Below are positions 30,516-38,093 of a stretch of 64,000 nt of DNA, one piece after another (the first letter of the stretch is position 1; each line of letters begins with the position of its first letter). The notes beneath the pieces are model-generated. The model had not been told where the DNA came from and ran no database searches. It worked only from the letters and a program-made list of their open reading frames with translations. The translations under genes were made by a program, and so were the position numbers. The stretch covers positions 1-64,000 of IMG/VR virus record IMGVR_UViG_3300024308_000302; one strand, 5' to 3'.

Positions 30516-30992
30516 TTATTGTTCTACTTTATATACATTGTAAGGCTCACGAATCATGAAGCCACCATGTTTTTTGAAAAATGGAAGGTGTTTAGCTGCA
30601 ACCTTATTACTGGCAATATTGCTTTCATGAGCCAAGTAAATCATATTTTTGTGAAGTTTCAAAAAATGTTCAATGACCAGTCCAGCATAACCCTGACCAC
30701 GTTCTTTTTTTGCAATATAAATCATACCAAGATTTTGATAATCAATATCTTTATCAAGACCCAATTGATTTTTGGTTCTGAAATCAACAGTTGAAGTTCT
30801 AACAATACCAACAATTCGATCATTGTCCTTGATAACTGAGACAGATTCTTTTTCAAGAATACCACGGACTTCCTGAAAAGTTAACCCGGCTGGATTAGAT
30901 ACAGAAGTGTATTTGTTACGCATGGAAAAATAAACCAGTTTTACGACTTCTGGATTTTCCGATGGCTTCTGACAATTTTCAATGGAAATCAT
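30516..30992 (-). CDS. GNAT-family acetyltransferase
   Basis: motif A YIAKKERGQGYA; N.AS motif B. Confidence 0.75.
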   Translation of the reverse strand: MISIENCQKPSENPEVVKLVYFSMRNKYTSVSNPAGLTFQEVRGILEKESVSVIKDNDRIVGIVRTSTVDFRTKNQLGLDKDIDYQNLGMIYIAKKERGQGYAGLVIEHFLKLHKNMIYLAHESNIASNKVAAKHLPFFKKHGGFMIREPYNVYKVEQ

Positions 30993-31081
30993 GATAAACC
31001 TTATAATCGCTTGGTTAATGCGGCCATTATACCAAACATTTAAAGGATCTACAATAAGAAAACCGCCCGAAGGCGGTTCTG

Positions 31082-31306
31082 TTAAGCACCAAGGGTGTTA
31101 ACATTCATACAGATATTATGAGCATCATTGGGGCCATTACTTTGCAGAACAGATTCAGCACAAGCATGGCGAGTATCACGATCTTGCTCTTTGTAGATAC
31201 GGCGAAGCATATTTTTCAAAACAGCTTCTGGAGACTCACCAGCAGCAACACGTTTTTCAAATTCTTGAACATCATTGGTGATTTTAATATTCAGTTTAGT
31301 AGTCAT
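31082..31306 (-). CDS. small hypothetical protein
   Basis: AAGG SD. Confidence 0.7.
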   Translation of the reverse strand: MTTKLNIKITNDVQEFEKRVAAGESPEAVLKNMLRRIYKEQDRDTRHACAESVLQSNGPNDAHNICMNVNTLGA

Positions 31307-31499
31307 GAGTCAACCTTATTTGTCAAAAGTGAAAATTTGTACTGGAGTGGTGTTTTTAAGTTCTTTGATAAAATCTGCCATACTTTCAACAAGTTTTTTT
31401 TGGAACAAGAGACATTACAGCACCACCACCAACATAAACCATTTCTTGCTCAGATTCAATTTTTTTATACATGTATGAACTCCAATGAGATTAAATTAA

Positions 31500-31674
31500 T
31501 TAGTCAGCATCAAGGGCAGCTTGTCGGCTATCGTAATAACCATCAGCCTCCCACATATAACAGGCTTCAAGAAATGCATCTTGGTCACGGAAATTATAAC
31601 TACTGATTTCAACAAAAGAAAGGCTACCATCAGCCCGTTTACGATAATACTTCTTGATGACTTCTTCGTGCATG
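31500..31674 (-). pseudogene. 57-aa ORF broken by one extra T (pseudogene, slippage site or sequencing error)
   Basis: 175 nt = 58 codons + 1; removing one T from the run at 31614-31617 restores the frame. Confidence 0.45.
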
Positions 31675-31839
31675 ATAATGTCCTAAGTTTAAGTTATTGA
31701 GGGATTTTGAACATTGGTCGAGGAAACTTCTCTTGCTCATCCATTCATTGTATGGGCATATTTTACCAAAAAACAAAATTTTAGACAAGCAAATAGACAA
31801 GCAAAATATCAAAAATAAAAGATATAAAAATAAGGTTTT

Positions 31840-32235
31840 TTATGATTTTTCAAAAACAACAAGTTCTCGTTTTTTTCCTTTCTCATTTCGGACATGTAAC
31901 ATATCGTTCTTAGTATAGAATTCAATTGCCTTAGAGTTGTCTACAGTCGTTTTAAGGCGTATAGGAAGTGGTACAGTATCGAACAATGCTTTGCCAATAC
32001 CTTTACCTTGATGTTCACGCATAACAGCTAATTCATGCACTGTATGCCATCCATCTTGACGTGGATGATAATGAATAAAGCCTAAAACACCATCAACACT
32101 ATCAAAGACCAAAAGAGACTTTTTAGATATAGCTTCAATAAGAGCCACTTTCATTACAAAACCAATAAAATCTCGGTTTTGATTTGCGATTTTTTTGATA
32201 ATGTCTAAATCATCAACAACAGCCAAACGAATCAT
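31840..32235 (-). CDS. GNAT-family acetyltransferase
   Basis: HELAVMREHQGKGIGKAL; N..A..FY.K. Confidence 0.85.
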   Translation of the reverse strand: MIRLAVVDDLDIIKKIANQNRDFIGFVMKVALIEAISKKSLLVFDSVDGVLGFIHYHPRQDGWHTVHELAVMREHQGKGIGKALFDTVPLPIRLKTTVDNSKAIEFYTKNDMLHVRNEKGKKRELVVFEKS

Positions 32236-32253
32236 GACAGATACTCCGAGTCG

Positions 32254-32664
32254 TTAACGAATTCCAAAATCGTAAGCCTTCAATCGATTTTTTTTGTCAT
32301 AACCAACTTGACCACCATCAATCGAACCAACCCAGTCAGGCAAGGATTCATAAGAAAACTCATCAGCAGGGATTTCAGTCAAACGTTCTTGAATAACACA
32401 GACGAATCCGTCAATTTGAATCCAACGACCTTTTGCAAGGTGAGGTGCTGAGCAGCTACCTTCCCAATCATTATCACAAATGCCATTGTCATTTAAAGGA
32501 AATTTAATAACGCAATGCTTACTCATGAATGCAGCACGATTACGACCACATATAGGCTCACCATATTTAGCTGTCAGTCGTTCTAAGGCAGCTTCTGCAC
32601 GAATGTTAATAGATTTATCATCCCAATCACAAAAACCGCCGAACAAAAGACTTGAAAGCTTCAT
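32254..32664 (-). CDS. hypothetical protein
   Basis: 136-aa ORF. Confidence 0.75.
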   Translation of the reverse strand: MKLSSLLFGGFCDWDDKSINIRAEAALERLTAKYGEPICGRNRAAFMSKHCVIKFPLNDNGICDNDWEGSCSAPHLAKGRWIQIDGFVCVIQERLTEIPADEFSYESLPDWVGSIDGGQVGYDKKNRLKAYDFGIR

Positions 32665-32780
32665 AAGTAAGAACTCATTTGAATAGAGCTGAATTATAGC
32701 ATTATTTAAAAATCAAGGCAACAAAAAACCCCGTACATACGGGGCTTTTTTCTTTATTAAATTCTATGATTGGAGTTTAA

Positions 32781-32813
32781 TTAAGACTGCATCTTTAGTT
32801 CACCTCGGGCACT
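32781..32813 (-). other. minigene unit (GAGGTGA-7nt-ATG CAG TCT TAA)
   Basis: same core as the 58974-59417 array. Confidence 0.7.
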
Positions 32814-32848
32814 GAATTATATAATAAACCGTTAATATAAGTAGTCAG

Positions 32849-33160
32849 TTATTCAGAAACTGTAACGTATACCTTGAAGCCCCAGCAACTATCAGGGAGA
32901 AGGAAACCCGGAGAACAACCGCAAGAGCAACCTGCTTTTTGTGACCACGATACTTTTGTATCTGCTGGAAGTCCTGCCTTTTCAAGAATTTGAGGGATTA
33001 CCTCTTTTTTGTAAGCAGTGCTTGGACGATGACGACGATTTGCAAGATTCTGAAGAACAGTTTCACCTTCTGGGAAAATGAAGATCTTGCTGCGTTCAGA
33101 GCGAGCACGACGACCTCTGGTAGAACTGTTTGGGAGTATTTGAAATTTGGTAATTTGCAT
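32849..33160 (-). CDS. hypothetical basic protein
   Basis: start at MQITKF; WSQKAGCSCGCSPGF motif. Confidence 0.75.
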   Translation of the reverse strand: MQITKFQILPNSSTRGRRARSERSKIFIFPEGETVLQNLANRRHRPSTAYKKEVIPQILEKAGLPADTKVSWSQKAGCSCGCSPGFLLPDSCWGFKVYVTVSE

Positions 33161-33228
33161 TTTACACCTCACATTTCGTTTCAATGTCGCTATTTTACTA
33201 CAAATTAAACGACATTGTAAACATATTT

Positions 33229-33651
33229 TTAAATGTCTTCTTTGTACGCATCCAATGTTTCAAAAGTAAAGATGCATGACAGTTTTTGAGACAAGATAGA
33301 ATCTTTTTTCCAGAAGCCCTTATCATTAAATTTTGGTACATACCTTGCTCGAATGAAAGCATGGCGTTTTTCAAAATTGAAAGAGTAGGGTTTACCCAAC
33401 TCAGGTTCTACACAAAATTGTTCACCATCAAGCTCATAGATGAAAAAATAGTTTTTGCGAGCAGCAATGAACGTAATAGTCCAAACAGTTTCGTCAGTAG
33501 TAGGCATATCAATATGCGGATCTACTTCTGCCATATACGAATATTCAACATCTTTGAATTTGTGAAAACTGGTGTGTTCTGCTGCCGGATTTTTTTTGCA
33601 GACTCGTTTGATTTCTTCAAGAACTTCTTTATCAATTGTCTGGATAGTCAT
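33229..33651 (-). CDS. putative HxD...H (2OG-Fe/cupin-like) protein, paralog of 38094
   Basis: PHID...FNF...HAF. Confidence 0.55.
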   Translation of the reverse strand: MTIQTIDKEVLEEIKRVCKKNPAAEHTSFHKFKDVEYSYMAEVDPHIDMPTTDETVWTITFIAARKNYFFIYELDGEQFCVEPELGKPYSFNFEKRHAFIRARYVPKFNDKGFWKKDSILSQKLSCIFTFETLDAYKEDI

Positions 33652-33773
33652 CACTATAGTCCTTATTTGGGATAGGGAAATTATATCAAAAATAGGATTT
33701 TTAGTCAAGGAAAAATACGAAAATAGAAAACCCGCCGAAGCGGGTTTTATGTATATTAACAACAATTTAAATC

Positions 33774-33850
33774 TGGTGGGACTTGCAGGACTTGAACCTG
33801 CGACCTGCCGATTATGAGTCGGATGCTCTAACCAACTGAGCTAAAGTCCC
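33774..33850 (-). tRNA. tRNA-Ile2: tRNA with CAT anticodon, Ile2 type (lysidine), CCA encoded
   Basis: full cloverleaf; CCGAC-TCATAAT-CGG arm resembles E. coli ileX more than Met tRNAs. Confidence 0.9.
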
Positions 33851-33938
33851 TTAGTGTGGTGATTTAGGACGCACTAAACCACCCAGTATCATCTAAATAG
33901 TATAATCTACATTATAAATTAAGTACCTGACAATCTAT

Positions 33939-34040
33939 TTCAAGCGATTTCCAATCTTTTTATTGAAATCCCTACTTTGGATTTACTTGTCTACCAAAGG
34001 TCTTAGGTTTTGCTTGAATCAACAGGATGTCAACCTGCTG
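33939..34040 (-). ncRNA. candidate structured RNA (three-way junction plus hairpin)
   Basis: three perfect helices; own promoter TTGTGT-17-TAAAAT at 34085-34113. Confidence 0.45.
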
Positions 34041-34166
34041 AAAAACTGTTTATCCTTTTGTTCGTTTATGTTTAAGAAGGTTCTATTTTAAGCCTTTTCA
34101 TTCATTTACACAAGTCTTTTTTTAATCTTTTTTTAAATCATCTTTTTTTTATCTTTGTTTTAAAAC

Positions 34167-34251
34167 TGGTGCCCGGAGCCGGACTCGAACCGGCACGGCT
34201 TTCGCCGGAAGATTTTAAGTCTTCTGTGTCTACCAATTTCACCATCCGGGC
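34167..34251 (-). tRNA. tRNA-Leu: tRNA-Leu(TAA), copy 1
   Basis: cloverleaf with long variable arm and CCA. Confidence 0.95.
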
Positions 34252-34394
34252 TTTTTAGTCTACTCTCGTCTTGATGTGGTAATTATATAGAAATCCACAT
34301 GGTAGGTCAAGCATATTTTTTAGAAAAAACCATTAATTTTCAATAATTTAAAAACAACAAAACCGCCAGATGGCGGTTCATGGATTAGAAAATT

Positions 34395-34817
34395 TTATTT
34401 TTTGTTATGCAAATCGTAAAGGAAAACCCCAGTAAATTCAATATCCATGCCAATCAAGTCTTTGAATTTATCAGAATCACCAGCAACTGCAGATTTCAGA
34501 AGAGTGATATGAGGAACATGCGGCAAATCTTCAACAATTCCGAAAGATTTGACTGCTTTGTTATAAAAATGACTCCAATCAGTACCTTCAAGTTCAGCAA
34601 CAATCATAACCTGACCGTTTGGATTCCATTCAGAAATCTTAGAAATGCGGCCAGACAAATTGCCATTTTCATTTTTTGGATAATAAGGAAGCTGAATATG
34701 TTTGATAGATCTCGAATGATCAAAAAAAACAGTCAAATGAAGGTTTGATTTAATGTCAAAATTGGAAAGAACAGCACCAGATTCTTTGGTTACTGGAGCA
34801 GCAAAATACATAGCCAT
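34395..34817 (-). CDS. 2H phosphoesterase, T4 gp57B/Acb1-like (candidate anti-CBASS nuclease)
   Basis: HLT and HIT 2H motifs; Y.AA N-terminus and EW...G...V..L pattern as in T4 57B; lies in the tRNA cluster as in T4. Confidence 0.75.
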   Translation of the reverse strand: MAMYFAAPVTKESGAVLSNFDIKSNLHLTVFFDHSRSIKHIQLPYYPKNENGNLSGRISKISEWNPNGQVMIVAELEGTDWSHFYNKAVKSFGIVEDLPHVPHITLLKSAVAGDSDKFKDLIGMDIEFTGVFLYDLHNKK

Positions 34818-34928
34818 AAACTTTTAACTCAAACGATATTTGATAACGCTAATTATACGTTAAATAAAGAAAAAGGACAATTAAAAAATGCTAGAATAGA
34901 AAAAGGCACTCTGAGTGCCTTTGATGGA

Positions 34929-35005
34929 TGGTGGGACTTGTAGGGTTTGAACCTACGACCTAACGATTATGAGTCGTCCGCTCTAACCAACTGAGCTAAA
35001 GTCCC
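34929..35005 (-). tRNA. tRNA-Ile2: tRNA-Ile2(CAT), copy 2
   Basis: cloverleaf with CCA; near-identical to copy 1. Confidence 0.9.
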
Positions 35006-35019
35006 ATTAAACAAGAATT

Positions 35020-35103
35020 TGGTGCCCGGTGCCAGACTCGAACTGGCACGGCTTTCGCCGGAAGATTTTAAGTCTTCTGTGTCTACCATTTCACCAACCG
35101 GGC
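35020..35103 (-). tRNA. tRNA-Leu: tRNA-Leu(TAA), copy 2
   Basis: cloverleaf with CCA. Confidence 0.95.
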
Positions 35104-35108
35104 GTAAA

Positions 35109-35295
35109 TTGAACAGTCCAGAACAGGCTCACATCGAGCAATCTCCGCCCTCCACGGACGGTGTTTTAAGCTTCATCCTTCGACTTTCCCAGTTTATGGC
35201 CACTCAACTGGTTCCATCTAAGACTATGCAACTCTCTAGTCAGCCTGCAGAGCCTTCCTTCAAGTTCCTTTAAACTACCGTTCTGGACTATTCAA
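35109..35295 (-). ncRNA. 187-nt structured RNA of unknown family
   Basis: 18-bp terminal helix and internal hairpins; GC-rich; lies between two tRNAs. Confidence 0.65.
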
Positions 35296-35312
35296 TCAAC
35301 AACAAATAAAGC

Positions 35313-35389
35313 TGGCGTCTGTGGCAGGACTCGAACCTGCGACCATCCGCTTAGAAGGCGGATGCTCTATCCAACTGAGCTACACACGG
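35313..35389 (-). tRNA. tRNA-Arg: tRNA-Arg(TCT) with unpaired acceptor-stem positions 1-3
   Basis: D, anticodon and T arms essentially as in the 36621 copy; 5' CCGTGTG vs 3' CACAGAC. Confidence 0.75.
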
Positions 35390-35399
35390 ATAAAGAAAA

Positions 35400-35477
35400 G
35401 GGTGCTCTTGGTAAGGATTTGAACCTACGACTTGTGGGTTTCCGCCCACAAACTCTACCAGACTGAGTTACAAGAGC
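35400..35477 (-). pseudogene. aberrant tRNA-like element (8-nt anticodon loop GCGGAAAC, bulged T stem, ends ACCC)
   Basis: 7-bp acceptor stem GCTCTTG/CAAGAGC, D arm and TTCAAAT loop intact. Confidence 0.65.
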
Positions 35478-35484
35478 GTGAAGC

Positions 35485-35610
35485 TTATTCTGCGTGACGG
35501 TTGCGGCGTTTATCACGCATTTGACGACTGATTTTGTTATCACTACGTTTGGCGTTATCTTTCGATTTGCCCGAGAATTTTTCCATAGTGTCGCGGTAAG
35601 AACCTTGCAT
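35485..35610 (-). CDS. 41-aa basic peptide, MQGS...RDKRRNRH family
   Basis: not in the ORF track; AAGGA SD; translated by hand. Confidence 0.8.
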   Translation of the reverse strand: MQGSYRDTMEKFSGKSKDNAKRSDNKISRQMRDKRRNRHAE

Positions 35611-35718
35611 TTGGTGTTTCCTTGTATGCTTCGTTTTGATGGGATAAGTATATCAACCATTGAACCCGTTAGCAACCATTTTTTTGAATATTTTTCGCTA
35701 TTTTTTCAAAAATTTAGG

Positions 35719-36060
35719 TCAATAGACAACATTTTTAATCACACCATCCAAACTGACAGATGATTCAGCATATCCACATGATTGAAGCAACCTGTTAACA
35801 TTAGCACGACTAAAGTTTTTTGGGAAACAATAATCTTTCCCTGTAATTAATGATCTTGCAACCCAAGGAAAATACTCACAAACAGAAGCATAAGTTTCAA
35901 CATTGTTAGCAAGTTCAGTGTATGAAGATGGTTTACGAGTTTGAAAAAGAATAACAGGTTCTGGTGGGCCTACAAGCAAGGGGAGATGATATAGAAAAAT
36001 AGGTGTTTCTACTTTTTTAGTAAAAATTTTTTTCATCAAATTAAAAATATTCATATTCAC
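35719..36060 (-). CDS. hypothetical protein
   Basis: ATGA overlap with the upstream ORF. Confidence 0.7.
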   Translation of the reverse strand: MNMNIFNLMKKIFTKKVETPIFLYHLPLLVGPPEPVILFQTRKPSSYTELANNVETYASVCEYFPWVARSLITGKDYCFPKNFSRANVNRLLQSCGYAESSVSLDGVIKNVVY

Positions 36061-36239
36061 CCTCTGAAATCAGTATGCTGATAGCAATAAAGTTGAAAAC
36101 CAGAAAGTTCACGGATAGTTTTGTTTTTTTCTTCAATAGTTTCACGAAGTCTTTTAATTTCGGCTTTCCAGCGAGCATTGTCATCTTCAAGAGATTTAAT
36201 GTATTCTGGGCTTTGATGATAAGGAATATCATTTTTCAT
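36057..36239 (-). CDS. small coiled-coil protein
   Basis: 60-aa ORF with own promoter. Confidence 0.65.
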   Translation of the reverse strand: MKNDIPYHQSPEYIKSLEDDNARWKAEIKRLRETIEEKNKTIRELSGFQLYCYQHTDFRG

Positions 36240-36357
36240 ATTCGTGAATCCAATTAATGTTAGACACTGATTATATCAAAAATAAAAATAAAAAACAACA
36301 AAAACCCCCTGCTGCGAGGGGGTTTTATTCTCATATAATTAAATTCTCTGATTTAGT

Positions 36358-36492
36358 TTAAAACTGCATCGGTAGTTCACCTCTGGCACTTTAATTAAAT
36401 TTTAAAAGTTTATGGGCAATCATCAATTATACTAAATTCAATAATAGGATTAAATTAAAGTTTATGCTGCATTATTGGCTCACCTCTGGCAC
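36358..36492 (-). repeat. two minigene units (MQHKL*, MQF*) 3' of tRNA-Leu
   Basis: GTGCCAGAGGTGA-7nt-ATG CAG core, twice. Confidence 0.75.
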
Positions 36493-36529
36493 ACTCATTA
36501 ATTATCAGTAGGTTTATCGTGGTTTAATT

Positions 36530-36614
36530 TGGTGCCCGGTGCCAGACTCGAACTGGCACGACTTTCGCCGGAAGATTTTAAGTCTTCTGTGTCTACCGAT
36601 TTCACCAACCGGGC
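36530..36614 (-). tRNA. tRNA-Leu: tRNA-Leu(TAA), copy 3
   Basis: cloverleaf with CCA. Confidence 0.95.
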
Positions 36615-36620
36615 ATAATT

Positions 36621-36697
36621 TGGCCCATGCGGCAGGATTCGAACCTGCGACCATCCGCTTAGAAGGCGGATGCTCTATCCAACTGAGCTACGCACGG
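36621..36697 (-). tRNA. tRNA-Arg: tRNA-Arg(TCT)
   Basis: fully paired cloverleaf with CCA. Confidence 0.95.
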
Positions 36698-36706
36698 ATG
36701 TTTGAG

Positions 36707-36835
36707 TTAAGCGTCTTGATGACGATTGCGGCGTTTATCACGGAATTGACGGTCTTTTTTTGCAAAATTGCGGGTTTCTTTGTCACGACCTTTAGAAGTG
36801 AATTTTTCGGTCATATCGTTGTGAGAACCTTGCAT
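36707..36835 (-). CDS. 42-aa basic peptide, MQGS...RDKRRNRH family
   Basis: AAGGA SD; leader motif; co-transcribed with tRNAs. Confidence 0.8.
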   Translation of the reverse strand: MQGSHNDMTEKFTSKGRDKETRNFAKKDRQFRDKRRNRHQDA

Positions 36836-36994
36836 TTCGTATTTCCTTGTATGTTTCGTTTTGATGGGTTCATTATAGAGAAATTGGTACTGCATGTAAA
36901 GCATTATTTTCAAATTTTCTTAAAAAAACACATGATATTTTTCTTGTATTTCACTGATTTTTAAAGAAAAAGAAAAGGGCCTTTCGGCCCTTAG

Positions 36995-37573
36995 TCAATC
37001 ATCGCTCACTTCATCATCATAGCATTCATAGTTTCGGATATAGTAGGTGAAAAGTTCTTCCAGAGAATCAAAATCTTTGTCTGGGTAGTTGCTACGCAGT
37101 GAGAACTTACCATCAGGAAGTGCATAAATGTAATGTTCCTGAGTAAAAATGTTAATAATTTTATTACCATCTTTGTCCATAGGTTTGAACAGTGGAATAA
37201 GATGCTTGAGGCCAGCAATGGATTTAGCATTGCGTTCAAGATCAAGTTTGTAGATAAAAACATCAACCGAACGTTGTTGGCTAAACGCACGATACCCCAT
37301 GCCATAAAGACCAAAAGATTCAATGAATTTTTGCGAAGCCGCATAACGAATCTTATCAGTCCCCGAACCAGATTCATGCATCAGAAAATCAAACCGTTCT
37401 TGTTCAGTCATATCCATCTTCAATGTTTCAATGGTGATGGATTCATTGAGAGAAGCAATCTCTTGACCAATAGAAGAAGCCTGATCTTGAAGTGGTTTGA
37501 TCTGCTCAAAAATATCATTACGCTGTGCTTTAAGTTCTTCACGGCGAGCAGTCAAAAGTGCAAGAGTAGTCAT
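36995..37573 (-). CDS. hypothetical protein with N-terminal coiled coil
   Basis: 192-aa ORF. Confidence 0.75.
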   Translation of the reverse strand: MTTLALLTARREELKAQRNDIFEQIKPLQDQASSIGQEIASLNESITIETLKMDMTEQERFDFLMHESGSGTDKIRYAASQKFIESFGLYGMGYRAFSQQRSVDVFIYKLDLERNAKSIAGLKHLIPLFKPMDKDGNKIINIFTQEHYIYALPDGKFSLRSNYPDKDFDSLEELFTYYIRNYECYDDEVSDD

Positions 37574-37644
37574 TAATATAGCCTCATTGAATTTGAATCA
37601 ATTATACATAAAAGACAGTGCCAAAGCAACCTAAAAATAAGATT

Positions 37645-37839
37645 TTAAGGGATGCCATTCAAAAAATCTTTAATACGAGATTCTGCATCAGCACGATAAA
37701 TGTACCCAGATCGACAAGAACCACGAGGCCAATGAGTGATGAAGGTATTGCAAGGACGCCACCAGAACAGCCATTTATATTCGCAAATATAAACTTTTTT
37801 ACCATCATCACGAACCGCTTCACGAATACGAGTTTGCAT
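37645..37839 (-). CDS. small hypothetical protein
   Basis: AAGGGA SD. Confidence 0.65.
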   Translation of the reverse strand: MQTRIREAVRDDGKKVYICEYKWLFWWRPCNTFITHWPRGSCRSGYIYRADAESRIKDFLNGIP

Positions 37840-37848
37840 ACAATTCCC

Positions 37849-38031
37849 TTATTCGTAAACTACCAGATCCCAAGTAACATATTCATGATCTGAACAAGAA
37901 CTGTTACGTTCAAGTACACCATTTTTAACATTTTTGGTACGTTCAACAAAATTACGAAGCTCATCAAGTGATAGAGAATCACGATCATGCATAATACCAA
38001 TTGAATCAACTACAGTACGTTTTTTATCCAT
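37849..38031 (-). CDS. small hypothetical protein
   Basis: GAGGTG SD. Confidence 0.7.
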   Translation of the reverse strand: MDKKRTVVDSIGIMHDRDSLSLDELRNFVERTKNVKNGVLERNSSCSDHEYVTWDLVVYE

Positions 38032-38093
38032 AAATCACCTCAAAAATAGTTCAAATGGAAAGCCATTATAAACAAAATACAACGAAAAGACAA

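Noticed and set aside
33774-33850. tRNA-Met call for the CAT anticodon tRNAs
   Set aside because: No initiator features (C1:A72, three G-C pairs), and the arm resembles ileX; Ile2 preferred but not proven.
35109-35295. RNase P, SRP or 6S assignment
   Set aside because: Only short motif echoes (GGAAAGTC, GAAGGAAG, AAGCTTAAAAC); the required overall folds could not be built.
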